From the human T2T-CHM13v2.0 reference genome, Homo sapiens, in NCBI GenBank assembly GCA_009914755.4, contig CP086569.2:18656001-18720000 (forward strand): a stretch of 64,000 nt of DNA, written 5' to 3'. Both the position numbers and the translations under genes were made by a program. Below the pieces are notes generated by a model. The model was not told the origin of the DNA. It searched no databases and saw only the letters and a program-made list of their open reading frames with translations. Every line of letters starts with the position of its first letter. Within the stretch, counting starts at the first letter, position 1. Below are positions 29,740 through 44,544 of the stretch, in pieces.

Positions 29740-30031
29740 GGTTTTTTTTTTGTTTGTTTACTGAGACAGGGTCTGCCTCTGTTGTCCAAGCTGGAGTGCA
29801 GTGGTGCAATCAAGAACTCACTGCAGCTTCAAACTCCCATGCTCAAGTGATCTTTGCACATCAGCCTCCTGGGCGACTTTGACTACAGGCCACCCAGACT
29901 AGCTAATTTTGGTAGAAACAGGGTCTCTCCCATGTATCCTAGGCTGGACTTGAGTTTCTAGGACCAATCCATCTGCCTGCCTCAGGCTTCCAAAGTGCTA
30001 GCATTGGAGGTGCAAGCCACCAGGCCTGACC
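29740..30031 (-). mobile_element. Alu (antisense)
   Basis: tttttttttgtttgtttactgagacagggtctgcctctgttgtccaagctggagtgcagtggtgcaatc...ccaaagtgctagcattggaggtgcaagccaccaggcctgacc. Confidence 0.88.
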
Positions 30032-31057
30032 AAATATAAGTTACTTCTTAGACACCCTCTTCCTTGAACAATTCCTGATGAATTTGCTCCCAATCTCCCA
30101 GTTATCTCTGCCTGTATGATGGATTTCTGAATGGTACTATGAGTCCCACATGGTTGTCTCCAGCCAGTCTCTTACCAAACCCAAATCATATATGACTCTA
30201 TTGCACATATTCATGTTTAACAGGCAATTTGATCTCAAGGCTATACACTGAATTCTGATGTTCCTTCCAAACAACTTCCCTCCCCCAAGTGTTTCCCATT
30301 TCACCTGATAGTAATTACATCCTGTTGCAAAGGCCTAAAACTGAAAGGTCATCCTTGATGCTTTTCTTTTCATCTCCTCATTTCTATTAGTCCTCAAATT
30401 CTTCATGTTTTCCTTTTAAAACAGGTCCAGAATCTAACCACTTTTCCCTATTTTTCATGCTGTCATCCAGATACAGGTTATCCACATTTCTCATCTGATT
30501 AGCTCAGCCTCTTTACTGATCTCCTACCTTCCACTATTACAAGTATTACACTATTACCACTATTACAACTAGGTGAATTATATCTCAGATACTATAAAAT
30601 TAACCATTTTAAAGTACACATTCAGTGATTTTCAGGATATTCTCAATGTTATGCAACCATCACTATTATTTAAATATAGAACGTTGCCCTTACCTTAAAA
30701 AGTAACTCTACCTATGAGCATTCAATACCAGCTTCCCTTTTTCCTAAGCTAAAACCATGGTCTTTATAATGTAACAAACAACCATATATTATTTTCTTCT
30801 TATTCTCTTTTGCATGTCTTCTTCTACCATCCTCTTTCTTTGCTCAAATCTCCTTTGAGCTTATACTATTCACATGCTTATAAATGAACCCCAAATCCTT
30901 ATCCTTCTTACATAAAAATAAAATCAATAGACGTTGTCACTACTTTCCACTAAAGTGAAAATGTAAGTTCCATCAGTACCTGGATTTTTGTCTTTGGTCA
31001 GGTGAACTGGCATAAACAATACCTGATGTATTCACAGTTAATTTGATCTTTTCTTAT

Positions 31058-31315
31058 TTATTTATTCTTTTTTGGCACGTGAGTGGGGTGTGATTAAATC
31101 TTGCTCTGTTGCTCAACCTGGAGTGGCAGGATCTCAGTTAGCTGCAACTTCTGCCTCTCAGGTTCAAGCAATTCTCCTGAGTCAGCCTCCCGAGTAGCTG
31201 GGACCTCAGGCACCTGCCAGCCCAAACGGAAGTTTTTTGTTGTTGTTGTTGACATTTTTAGTACCGACTGAGTTTTGCCATGTTGGCTCGGCTGGTCTCA
31301 AACTCCTGAATTTGA
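31058..31315 (-). mobile_element. Alu (antisense, partial)
   Basis: tcttgctctgttgctcaacctggagtggcaggatctcagttagctgcaacttctgcctctcaggttcaagcaattctcctgagtcagcctcccgagtagctgggacctcaggcacc...ttgccatgttggctcggctggtctcaaactcctga. Confidence 0.8.
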
Positions 31316-31522
31316 ATGCAATATATTCCATAGACAAGGCAATACTAGTGAGTTTTTAAATTATAAAGCTGTTTTTGTTCATTAATAATAGTTTACTTTG
31401 AAAGTCTATTTTCATTTAGAAAAAGTTAACTCATGTTTTTTTTGTCTGTTTTTGATCAACTAGTTTAAAATTTTGTAGCTATCAGGTACATATGTAAAAT
31501 CATTTATGTCAGACAATATTAA

Positions 31523-31856
<334 letters not shown>

Positions 31857-32891
31857 TAATATATGTATTTCTTAAGTGTTCCCCTATATTTGGTGTTGGT
31901 AACTAAACTGAGTTTTATTGAATCATATGTTTCCTTAGTGTAAAAAGAAGCCAAATTTAATGGTACAAAATGTTTATATTTAAAATGTATTCATGAGAAA
32001 TATTTTAATAAACCAAGCCTTGAAGTTGCTTAACGTTATTCTATTTAAATTCTAAGAGAGGTATGGCTTTAAAAATCATAATGTGAGAAGAGAAATTTTG
32101 AGTGCATTGTATGACTTCTAAATGTCCACCTCTGTCCAACAAAGTAAGTAGTAATGTTCAAATCTTACACGGAACTGAAACTCAGGGTGGGAAGTCATGT
32201 AAGTAAATTAACAAATTATAACAAAATTTAGTTCATTTCAAGAGAAAACTGAGGGCTAAGAATACAATTAGCAACACATTCTCTACAGATCTTTAATTGG
32301 AAAGTGTGAAATTATATTTGTTTATGTTTTTATCTGTATGAGTATATTTTCTAGTGCATTGAAGAAGTTTCTAGTTAAACTCACCACTTAAAAGGTCAGA
32401 TCTTTATTTGTCTTGTGGGATCTATGTAGAAAGAAGAGTTTCCTTTATAAAAACACCTTTTTTGTTAATTTATTTACAGTTGCATTGACACAGTAAATGT
32501 ATATAATCAAAAGATTTTTTTAAACAAACACATTTTTTAAAAAAACAGACAGATATAATGTCATTAAAATATGGACCTAAGGGGTCTGTAGTTAAAAATC
32601 TGTATAGTCACTCAATTTGTTGTTAATATCAAAATTTAAAATACTCCTTCAAAAATGGCTGCATTGATAAATGAGTTGTTGTTAATATTAATTTGTCACT
32701 TGATGGAAAGACAAGTGGACAGAATTATTTTCATACTACAAGCATTATTTTTTCTTCTTATCTCAGGTTGTGAGCACTTTTTGAGTGGGAATATCTGCTC
32801 CCTGTTAGATCTCACCCACCAGAAAAACTTGTGGTACTCAAAAATACTGGTACTACTTGTCACATGAATTCTGTGATCCAACAGCCACATA

Positions 32892-33470
32892 TGTATATAT
32901 ATTATATAATATATTATATATAATTATTCTTATATATTATATAATATATATTACATATAATTATTCTTATATATTATATTATATATTATATATAAAATAT
33001 AAAACATATAATATATATTATATAATATAAATTATATATTTTAATATTATTTATTATTTATTATTATTTTAATAATATATTAAAATTAATTATTTTAATA
33101 ACATATTATATATTTATTTTATATTATATTATATATTATATATTACATTATATTTAATATTTATTTTAATTATAAATAATATATATTTATATAATATAAT
33201 ATATATTATTTATATAATACATTATATATTATATATAATATATAATGTAAGAATATACATAATATAATAATATATAATATAAGAATATTATATATAATAT
33301 ATTGTATATAAATATTATATATTTATAATTTATAAATATATAACATTTATAATTTATATATAAATTTTATATAATATATATAAGAATAATTTTATATAAT
33401 ATATTATATATGAATTATATATAATTTATATAGTTTATATATTATATATATAATTTTTATATGTATATAG
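32892..33470. repeat. About 580 bp of almost pure A/T low-complexity sequence; minisatellite-like TA-rich block with repeated roughly 40-bp subunits
   Basis: tgtatatatattatataatatattatatataattattcttatatattatataatatatattacatataattattcttatatattatattatatattatatataaaatat...; only a handful of C/G in the whole block. Confidence 0.95.
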
Positions 33471-35439
33471 TTTCCACCAGAAACAGTATTCCTGCAATTG
33501 AATGCATAGGTAAAAATATAGACTATGATTTTTCAAACATGAGAAGCAGAACAGTTAGGTAAATTCTAATTATTCATTATTATTACTTTGAAGATTCTGA
33601 TAGCAGCTACTGTTTTTCTCTCAGAAATTAGTGTACTTTAAAAGAATTATGCAGGAAGTTCTTCTTCATAATATGGCTGAAATCTCTGAGTTACTGTGAC
33701 TGACATATTTATGTTATCTGTTTCATAAGCTGTGCTTTTTTTAAAATTCTCTATGTATTTTTCTCAAATGAGAGCTTTTTCTGCTAAAGAAACAAATTTC
33801 TTTTTCAAATTACGTTATGTGAACTTGTAAAAAAAATTAGTTAAGAACTATCATCAAACTGCCTATGGAAAGTATTCATTTGAAAATAAAGTGGTAAAAA
33901 AGTTATATCATATTTGTAGGTCACCTATTTAGGATAAACCTCCAAATAAGAGAATATGGGATGCTTAAATTTTGGTAATGTTTATACTCAAGCTCTTTAT
34001 TATTATTATTTTTTTTTTTTTACTTTTCTGTATAGATATTGATAGAAACTAAATTTAAAAATTAGAATATTTTAACTGTAGTAAATGATTCTCCTAGAAT
34101 TTCTTCATTTTTTTTCCTTTCAGTGGGCAGAAATAGTTTGTCTTTCAGCTACTAGTTTCTCAGCACTTATCATTTATAGGATTACAAAACACACACTTTC
34201 TTTCTCTTTCCTAGATTCAGTAAATTATGTCATCCAAACATCGCGGTCACGGTAGCTTTACTTTTAGTAGAGTCTTCATATGGGATGTTCACCAATACTT
34301 GGTTAACAGCCACTATTGGAAGAAAAATTGTAATGTAAGTTCTGGTACTATAGCCCATATGACCCCTAGGGTGTTGAATTTAACACATATAGAGATGGTT
34401 AATCACACCAGTAAGAAGCAAATGAAACAGACAGAATATAAAATTGCAAATTAGGTATCTTACCTTTGTACTTGGTTGCTTGTGCTTTATGTTGTCTCGG
34501 CAATGTACTGAGGCATGTATATCTGCCTTGTTTCTTTTTCTGTGCAATCAGCTTCTCCAGGGCAGGAAGTGGGTATTCTTTCTTTCTTTGTCACAACCCT
34601 AAGACACGATTAAAAGCATACAGAAATGTCTTAGATACTTGTAAACAAACTGTATTTTGCTTTATGGCTACAACCATGTTTTGACTTTTGGAGCTTCTGT
34701 CTATGCTCCTCTTTCTTCCACAACTATGGTTAATAGGTATATTTATTGAGTGTTAATAATTCTGATTTAATCATGTAAATAATCTTATGTAATTCAGAAA
34801 ATGCATTATTCTCAAAAGAAGATACTGAAGCCTAGAAAGACTAAGTAACTTATTCCCCAAAATGTACTTATTTCCCCAAAGTTACTCATGGCAGAGGACT
34901 CACTTGTCTTTACTCCTGCCTACTTGACCAAACTTTACCATATTACATCCAGTGTATATTATTATTTTATTACTCTTTTATAATAACTTTTCTGTGAACT
35001 CAGTTATAATACCCCATGTTTGAAATAAGCAATAATCACAAAAATTAAAAAGAAATTAACTACTTTGAAAATTAGGAGTATAAACGGTATATCCTTTTAT
35101 TAAATAACTTTTGGTATTTGTTGTAACTTCTTTCTTCGTATTTATAAAGTTAAATTTGTGCATTGCTGATTTCTTTTGGTCTTTAATGTTGGTACCCAAC
35201 ATAATTTACTAGAATATTTTTATTAATTTGAAGACAAACCAAAGTTAAATAACACAGGAGATAGAAAAGAGTACAATATTCATGTCCTAAGACAGCTTCA
35301 AGACATCTTTGTTCATTTAGCTGTTTCCAAACTACAGTCCTATGTACTGAAGGAATTTTGGTAACAGTTAAGGTAAATTTTAAGCAAGTCATTATTTCAG
35401 TTTTATAAAAACCTCAATACATTAACTAAACATTACTCA

Positions 35440-35710
35440 GAAAAGGGCTTCATATAAGGGACATTATGTTAAGTGAAATTAGCCAGGAAATATAAAGGAC
35501 AAGGATTGCATGTTTTTATTCATACGTGAGAAATAACAAAGTTGATCTCATGGACGTAGAGAATAGAATGACGGATTATTATAGGCTGTGAAAGATATTG
35601 AGCGAACAAATAAGTAAGTTAGTTAATGGGTAAAAAATACAGTTAGAAGGAATGAGTCCTAAAGTTTGATTGTATAGGAGGGAGAATATAGGTATGAATA
35701 ATTTATTATG
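35440..35710 (+). mobile_element. Probable old L1 (L1M) 3'-end fragment
   Basis: gggacattatgttaagtgaaattagccaggaaatataaaggacaaggattgcatgtttttattcatacgtgag...gtagagaatagaatgacggattattataggctgtg resembles the conserved L1M 3'-terminal tatgttaagtgaaataagcca...gattccacttatatgaggtacctagagtag segment. Confidence 0.45.
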
Positions 35711-37935
35711 GATTTCAAAATAACTAGAAGTTTGGATGTGGAAAGCTGTTTAAACAATTATGTCATGTATGTCTGAAATTACTAATACAGAAATTACCAA
35801 TAGGGCATTTAAAAATTTGGTCATTACTCATTGTGTGCATGTATAAAAATAATAGTTCTACTTTGTAAATATGTAAAATTATAATTCATCAATTTGAAAA
35901 ACAATAAATTGTGGTCTATTTAAATAAGAAATTTCACTAAATCTGGCCATTTCTGAATGGTAAAATGCTCCTTCTGTCTACACATTGGGCTTTTGTGATC
36001 CAAATTCTGATTTAGAAGTACTTTCAACATGTTCTCGGGCAGACTGAGGCCATGGCAGAAAGCCCACACATGCCCCTCTTCATCATTAGCTGGAAATTGT
36101 GATCCAGGGCACTCCTGGATGCCATGAAACAACAGCTGCCATTGGAAAGATAATTACTAGCTTGTCTTGCCTTGGTGTTGAGACTGCTTCTTTGACTGAA
36201 GACCATAAAATAATTACAAAACTTGCAACACCTATAATGTGTTGGGGAAATTAAGGAAATAATCTAATGAGGAAGTGCTCAGAAGGCTTCCAAAATATCA
36301 TAAAAGATGGCTTTATAGAGTAAAATGTTACCAGGGAAGTACAAGGAGATGCTCATCCTGTTCAACAGCAAGTAGTCTGGTATTTTCTAGCATCAAGTTT
36401 GGAAACACCTCAGGAATTACCGGATCTCACTCTTACATGGGCAATGCCCTTTGAAGAGCTCCTGATTAACAACAACATGCCTGGTTGACGAATGGCAGTT
36501 TCAAGGTGGATGAACAATGTCTTCTTGGCAGACTTTCATAGAGACCAGAAATGAACGGACAAACCTAAGATGGAATGAGCAAATTAGCTCAATGATTAAA
36601 CTGCATGCTGTTTTTTTAAATGAAGCAATAAAAACATTAAATCATTATTTTATAAAGGCAAATATTTGAATTCATGGGTAGTAAATAGTCATTAATGTTC
36701 TGGTCATGTGATCAATAGAAAACTGGACTTTCAAGCAGATACCAGTATGTGACATATGGACTTTCCATGGGCTGAGTCACATCCTGACATCTGCTTAATA
36801 GTAATAATTTAAGGGGTCCATTAAAGAAGGACATGTTGATTTCCATTTGAAGAATCCTCTCCAGGATGATTGGGAGGTGATTAGAACCAGGACAACATGA
36901 TGCATTCACTTGAGGTGGCAAACTTGTAGAGATGCAGCAGTAATGCAGAGCTAGGATTAATCTACACATATTTCTCTTACACTCTCTAAGGAATAGAAAT
37001 TCCAAAATCTAAGTCTAGGCCAGAAGAGAAATGTAGACTGCAAATAACAATAGGCCAAATAGGAAGGGCCATAACATAGTTGGATTACAATGTACCAATA
37101 TCAGTAGCCCTGATGGTATATTTATAGGTCTTGACTAACGTAGACTGCATTTTGCATTCATAGTGGTCGATGCTACTGCTTATGTACTATAAAAAGATAA
37201 AAACATAGTATATTCTAACCAATTTGAACAAACAAATTGCTGTTCCTCAAGCTATGCAACACACTTCATATCCTATTGTTTCCAACAATGGGCATTGAGA
37301 TATTACATCAAATAAAAAATTACATGTATTATTTAAAATCAGAAGGCACTTATATCTTCAGTAAACCCTACATCTAACAACAAAAGCTTTAAAATAATAT
37401 AGAAATAAACTAGAAGACTTACTGCTTTCAAGGAAAATTGTCACTGGCTAGCAAAGCTGTCAGAAATCTTGGCGCAATGGTACTTCAAGGTACTGTGGAT
37501 TCTGATAATATGCACTTCACTGGGGTTAGATGAAACCAAATTTTAGAAGCATCACTTAATACATTCTACCACAAAAGTGCCCCAACACAAAAACATAATC
37601 TACTATGCTCCACACATTGTGACATATGAAAATTGTGCATATTGATTTTAATATTTTATAATTTCTATTAAAAATATGTCCAGATTCTTTATCTCAACAA
37701 GAAATTAAACTATCAAAGATTAAATGTGAAGAACGTTTTAGAATTAAAATATGCTTGTTTTTTACATTTTCCCGTTTTCTATTTTTTCTGGTGATAAAAA
37801 ATAAGGTTTCTGAGCAATACAGCTGCTATTCTGGGCAACTACTGTGATTTAGGTAATTCCATCCCTTGGCTACATGAACTTGATGAGAAGTCATGCTAAA
37901 TGTTACAGCACAAGACAAGCTTTAAATGATTAACC

Positions 37936-38205
37936 TGGCTGGGTGCAATGACTCACCACCTGTAATCTCAGCACTTTGAGAGACCAAGGTGGGTGGATTG
38001 TGAGTCCAGGAGATCTAGAACTATCTGACTAACACAGAGAAGCACTGTCTCTACCAGAAATACAAAATTAGCCAGATGCATGCCTGTAATCCCGGATACT
38101 TTGGAGGATGAGGCAGGAGAATCGGTTGACCTCAGGGGGTGGAAGTTGTAGTGAGCCAAGATCACAACCATTGCACTCCAGCCCAGGCAACAGGAGTGAA
38201 ACTCC
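37936..38205 (+). mobile_element. Alu
   Basis: tggctgggtgcaatgactcaccacctgtaatctcagcactttgagagaccaaggtgggtggattg...ccagcccaggcaacaggagtgaaactcc. Confidence 0.88.
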
Positions 38206-38212
38206 ATTAAAA

Positions 38213-38400
38213 GAACAAATGAAAGAAAAGAAGAAAGAGAGAAAGAAAGGAAAGAAAGGAAGAAAGGAAGGAAGGAAGGAAGGAAGGAAGGAAGGAAGGA
38301 AGAAGGAAGGAAGGAAGGAAGGAAGGAAGGAAGGAAGGAAGGAAGGAAAAGAAATGGAAAGGGAAGGGAAGAAAAGAGAAAAGAGGGAAGAAAAGAGAAA
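38213..38400. repeat. Long (GGAA)n / (AAGG)n tetranucleotide microsatellite grown from the Alu tail (polypurine on the plus strand)
   Basis: gaaagaaaggaagaaaggaaggaaggaaggaaggaaggaaggaaggaagaaggaaggaaggaaggaaggaaggaaggaaggaaggaaggaaaagaaatggaaagggaagggaag. Confidence 0.95.
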
Positions 38401-40404
38401 ACTGCATTACTCACATTGTGGCTAATCTTCCCAAAATATTGTAACACAAATATTTGTTTTAACTTAGCATTGCTCATACATTGATTTTATTTACATTTTT
38501 GTTCAGTACTTTTTGTAGTAAATTTTGTATTAAAGCTGGTAAAATTGTTAAGTTTTACTGCCACTGGATTTTGAGAAAGACTAAATAAATTGCTTTATGC
38601 TTCTATTGAAATATTGCACATTTTTATGAACTAAGACAAGGTAGTACCTAATTACAAAGAAAATATCACAAGGGTAAAATAAAAGATGACCCCACTTAAA
38701 CTATTCTTCTTCTGATCGTCTTGCCAAAGCTGTCCTAGAATTTTTTTTTTAGTTTGCAGTCACAGCTGATACGTTACAAAATATGTAATAAAATAATAAT
38801 TGAAGACCATATAAGTAAATCATCAAAATGAGTTTTGAAAAATTATTATTATTATTATTTAACCTGTTGATACATAGAGCCTGTTGAATGAGGATATAAT
38901 GGAGTATCTTCTGTTGGAGAGGTCTTATGCCCATCTAAAGCATCGTGGTCAACTGGCTCCAAATTCTAAATATTTAAAAAGATTGAAAATTTGATTATAA
39001 AAGTAACTTTATACCTTATATTTTATTTTCTTCATTAGAATAAACTTTTAAGAAATACAAGAAAGCTGACATCTATAACATGTTTACACTTCCTCAAATG
39101 ATTTATAATTTAGGGAAAAAATCTGAATTATTTTAGCTACATAATTTTCAGGCCATTTCACACAAGTTGCTTCCAAAAGGAAACTACTTTTTAAGAACAA
39201 ACAAACCAATGCTAATCATTTCACAAAGTAAATATTTTTAAGGGCAATATTAATACATAAACATTGGCTTATGCATTTAAAAATTACCTCTGTTTTTCCC
39301 AGATTTATCTGCGGCCTTTTGGGGGCTTCCCCCAGCCACCTCATCTAGACAAAGTTCTCAAGCATTTGCGAGTGTCATCCTAGCACTATTTGATGTTTCT
39401 AAGAAATAACCATTTGATGTTGTATTGTTTTGTACTGGAGGACACCAATTTTTGTAGGCATATTGAATTGTTTCCAGTATGTGGTTTCCTTTCAATTTTC
39501 TATATCCACTAAATGACTCAATTTTATTTTCTCTCTCTTTTTTTTCCCATGTGAAAGCACAAACACAGTCCTTCACTTCCACCAATTATGCATTTGAGTG
39601 TCCCACATTTGGGGAAATCTCACGGGTCAGCACATCTAGAGTGCAACATATCGGCCTTTCCCTGGGAAAGCCACCTTCATGATCACGGTATCTCCCCTGG
39701 CAGGGAAGTATCCATTTTCTTTTTAAGACTTCCATTAGCCTTTGAAAGAAAATACAAATAGAAATGTAATAGAATTTAGAATAATTTTCAGTATCAGCTT
39801 AAAATGTTAATTTCAATCATCCATGATTATTCTCTTCTAAAAAAGTTCTTAATTCTGACACAGGCTTCTACAAAATTGTAAGAAAAAACACTACGGTAAA
39901 CAATGAAATAACTGCTAAACTACCACACATTTTATGCACTGATATGCTCATTTTTGATAGTGACTCTTAGAGCATTCTATTGTATCTAACAGCCATTCTC
40001 GGTCTTCTGGAATTTTATCGTGTGCACTATGAGCTTTAAAAATAAGCAGATGAAAATAATTGATAATATGTAGTAGTAGCTAATGTTTTACTGTCTAATA
40101 TGTGCCATTCAGAACAAGTTTTTGAGGTAATCTAATTAATATCAGAGTTAGTTTCCTTAGAGGGTAGCATTAGTAAATCCACAAATAAAAAATCAATTAC
40201 AGTTAGGTCAAATACTTTGCCAATTATTACAGATTTAGCCAGTTGAGGAGCTAGCTAGCAATCTGACCCAAACATCTGACCTCTTGGTGTATTGCCAATT
40301 TAAAATGTTTTGGCTAAATATACTATCCATGCATTACTACTAGCGAATTAAAAACTGTAATGCTATATTACTTTTCATGGTTCTATTTTTTGTTCTATAC
40401 TTAG

Positions 40405-40550
40405 GATTATGCTCCATGGCCCAGGCTGGACTACAGTGACAAGATGATAGCTCATAACTCAATGAGGCCTCACATCCAGGGTTCAAGGAATACTCCTGCC
40501 TCAGCATTCTACCTAGTTGGGATTAGAGAAATGCACCACCATGTCCCACT
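40405..40550 (-). mobile_element. Alu/FLAM-like fragment (antisense, diverged)
   Basis: ccatggcccaggctggactacagtgacaagatgatagctcataactc...ctcctgcctcagcattctacctagttgggattagagaaatgcaccaccatgtcccac. Confidence 0.55.
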
Positions 40551-42029
40551 CGCCTCATTACTTTTACTAAATATGAGTAGCATTTTATGACTACCTTTTT
40601 AAAGAAAAAACAAAACTTACTTGGTGTTCACTCATTTTTCAGAGACAACATTTTAGAATGTAAAGCAAGAATCTCATGATAATAAAACAGCAATATTAAT
40701 TGGCAGTACAAAATTGATTTCAATTCTGATAGTAAATGAACACACACGATGGGTAAAGCAATTTTCAATGGCAACAATAAAATTTTCCTGATTTGCTAAT
40801 GATCAGTCATTTTCTTTCAGAGCTGGCTAAATTGCAACATATTTACATTGCCAACTTTTTACTGTTCTTAGGAGTCAATATTAAAAATCACAAAAAAAGA
40901 CTTCTGTCTTTTTTGTCATTACCATGACAGATAAATAAAATAGTTTGTTTCTCTCTACCATGTATCTTACTTAATAAAATGATATTAGATTCCAAGTCAG
41001 AGGCCAGGTTTTTTTTCTTTTTGCCATAGGAACATTTATAATATAAATTTCTTTTGAAAAAGGTAATTTTTATAATCTAATTTCAGGTAAAGAATAACAT
41101 GGAGAGGCTTCTTGTAACACTTAAACAGTACACATTTCATTATCTTATTCTCTTAAAAATTATAATAAAGTAAAAATCATGTCATTTGCCACATTATTAA
41201 TAGCATCAAAAGTTTTCATGTGAAATTTGGATTAATATTGTATTTGCCTATATTGTTATCTGCTGCCTTGAACAGTGTTGATCTCAGTTGAACACTGCCT
41301 ATTGAATAGACTAAATGTTCATCAGAAAAAAAGATTCCAAGCTTATCTTAATAAGGAGAATAATAAATTTATACATGAAACCCACATTAATCCACATCAA
41401 CTATTTTCCACATTAACCCAACATGTATACCTTTACTGTAATCACCTCCTTGGATGAGATGAGGCTAAGATGTGATTTAGCCTTACTTTAGAGCAAATAC
41501 AAGAAGTTACATAGTAAACAATATATGACTACAAACAATTTTTTAAATGGTATAAATTAATTTCCATTGATAGGAACTCAATGTCATTCATACAACATTA
41601 ATTATCTGCTTGAAATCTATGATGGTGGACCAAAGAACAATTAGAAAATTTTAATTGCTAAAATCTAATATTTCAGTTGTTTAAATTTAAAATTATCTTA
41701 TGCCTTTAATTATTTTGTTCTACAGCTTCATAGTAACTTTATTTTATTATCAGGCTTTCATTGTGCTTATTATAATGTCTATTGAGTGAAAACGGTGTGT
41801 TTGTGTGTAGGTGTGTGTGTATAGAGTTTCCAGATATATAGTATGATTGTCTCTAGAATCCTATAACAATAACACTTTGAATCTCCTGGCAGAGTTGGGA
41901 AACTAATTTTGGTGCAATTCTTAGGCTTATTTTACTGCAGATGACACAACTAAGAATTCTAGAAGAATGCTCAAGATCTGTGTTTAGCATAAACATAGTT
42001 CTTTAAAATTATCATTTTTCTCAAAACCA

Positions 42030-42215
42030 GTCTGGCCACAATTGTGAAACCCCATCTCTTCTAAAAATACAAAAATTAGCCAGTCATGGTGTCAGGCACT
42101 TGTAATCCCAGCTACTCAGGAGGCTGATGCAGAGAATTGCTTGAACCCAGGAGGCAGAGGTTTCAGTGAGCCGAGATTCCGCTCCTGCACTCCTGCCTGG
42201 GTGAGAGTGAGAATT
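42030..42215 (+). mobile_element. 5'-truncated Alu followed by a short (CA)n-like tail
   Basis: gaaaccccatctcttctaaaaatacaaaaattagccagtcatggtgtcaggcacttgtaatcccagctactcaggaggctgatgcagagaattgcttgaacccaggaggcagaggtttcagtgagccgagattc. Confidence 0.85.
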
Positions 42216-44544
42216 CCTCTTACACACACATGCACACACACCCACAAATAATAGTAATAATAAATAAAAAAGAAAAACTCTTCTCTTACATACTGATTAA
42301 ACTAACTACTTAGAGGCTACGGACTGCTTTTGGATAACTTAATGTTGTCTGCCATGATAACATCAACTTTTTAAAAAAAGTTTCCATTCTAGTACATTAC
42401 TTTCTATGACTGTTTTTCATTGTTACTTCTGTAGTAACACATGTATGCTTTTAGATGATTCCAAATTCTGGACATTTGTATCCATTGCAATTTTTTATTT
42501 GGTGTCCCGTATGTTTCTAAAAGGCAATCTGCTCAAACAGGTTCACTTTTTTCTATCAGTAAATTGCATTACTATTCTCTCAGCTTATCAAATCACACCC
42601 AGGACAGAGGTGTTAACATCTCTTTCCTACTCCACTTTCTCAAATATCCAGTTGGTAACCCCTGCCTATTCTAACTCATTAAGAGCTCATACATCTGTCC
42701 ACACATATGTTCTACATTGCCAGCTTTTCTAATGTAGAGCACCCACAGTCTTTTTCTACAGATAATTTTGAATACTTCCTTACTGTGGTATATTGTGAAA
42801 TTTTCTATGCTATAGCCAGTGAGATGTTACTAATATATGCCTTTTTTTATCCTCTGATGGTTTATCAAGTCACACTGAATATCTCACATAATTGCTAAAA
42901 AGCCAAGTTATGTCAATACTAAGTCTGTACCCACTGTCTACTTAAAAAAATCAACTTAACAAAGCAACCCTTTTCAACTGCAAGATGCTTTCTACTCTCC
43001 AAATCTAAGTCACATATGCCCTATAATAGGCAGAAGATCACCCTGTATTGTATTTTTTTTGTTGTTCATTATGATGTTTTGTATCCAACCTGGGCTGTTA
43101 TTCTGTACTGTGTTTTCAAAATCATAATTAAGACAGATTCAAAATACTTTATCTGAAATTCAAAAAGCTCAATTAAGCAAGACTTTTTAAAAATGAGATT
43201 GGTATGTAACTCAATTTCTGATGTAATAAAGCCTTAATTGAGGGAAGCTGTTTCAGTCTGCATTCATGTAACATTCAGGCTTAAAGGGAATATCCATTTC
43301 TCTTCATAGAAATATTAATATGTTTGATTCTTGAGTATTTTCGGGGGCCTTACAGGGAATGGTACACAAAATGATGCAAATGTGTTGACTCAGTTTTCTC
43401 AAACGCAAGAATTCCTAAAACCTAAAACACAGTGCCTAAATGCCTTAAGATGTATAAATATATACTGAACCTTGGCAATTAAAATTAAACTTAGGTTATA
43501 TCATAAACCAACCATGTGTCATGTATGAGCAACTAAAATCTCAAGTTAAATTGTGCAAAACAAAATTTTTGTGAATTCTTAGGTTTGATACTTTTACATT
43601 TAAAATAAATATGGTATTTATGTTTGTATAATATATGCTCCTACTCTACTAAAATTATCCCAACATCTCAGATGTAGTCAGGCTAGGCTGAGAAAAAGAA
43701 AGCACAGGGGTGGTCAGAGCAGGAAGAGTAAAGGGTAAAATTTATTTTCTCCCAAAGGTATATATTAATAATACAAATAACACTTTCATTACAGGAATGT
43801 GTGGCCATAGAACTTAGTTTTAGATAGTAAATTATTTGTGATTTTACCAAGTTCCTTAAAATGATCTGTTAATTGTCTGAGTCAATCATTCATATAAATG
43901 TGACTTCTAGCTCATCTTGCTGTTGAATGTTAGAGATAAGGCAGATGCATTCTAACCAACTCACACGTATACACAAAATCAACATGGACATGGAGAAGAG
44001 AATTAGTGTTTGTAGCAGTGTATTACTTACTAATAAAATTCAATGAATGGATATGGCTGTGTGATTAGTTGATGGGAGATGGGACAAATCCACTCATGGA
44101 GGAATATATTTTCTCAATAATGGCATCTTACATTTATAAACTGTAATGGTTTTCTGAAAATGTTTCTTTGATTTACATATGTAAATTAGAGAGCTAATAA
44201 AAGAGATGACCAAGACTTAAATTATAATTAAAATAAGAAACTTGACTACTATAGAATTTACACTTGGATTTTTTTTCCTGGAAAAATCAGATACTACTTT
44301 TTATATGTATATGAGTTTTATGCAATTAGCATTGTATTCTTGGTGAAACAAAATGATCTCCTAAAACAATAATGTTAGATATGAAAGATTAGAATCTATC
44401 ATATTTTCAATGCATTCTTATTTAATTTACTTCTTCATTCTTTTCAAAATGACTTCACCTTTTTTATTTTCATTCCACATATCATTAGAATTATTCTCAC
44501 TAGCAATTTCTCCATGATTTACACGCCATTAATGAACTTCTACC

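Noticed and set aside
38213-38400. Regularly spaced short repeats, checked as a possible CRISPR-like array.
   Set aside because: It is a pure (GGAA)n microsatellite with no unique spacers, the genome is eukaryotic, and no cas-like ORFs occur anywhere in the window.
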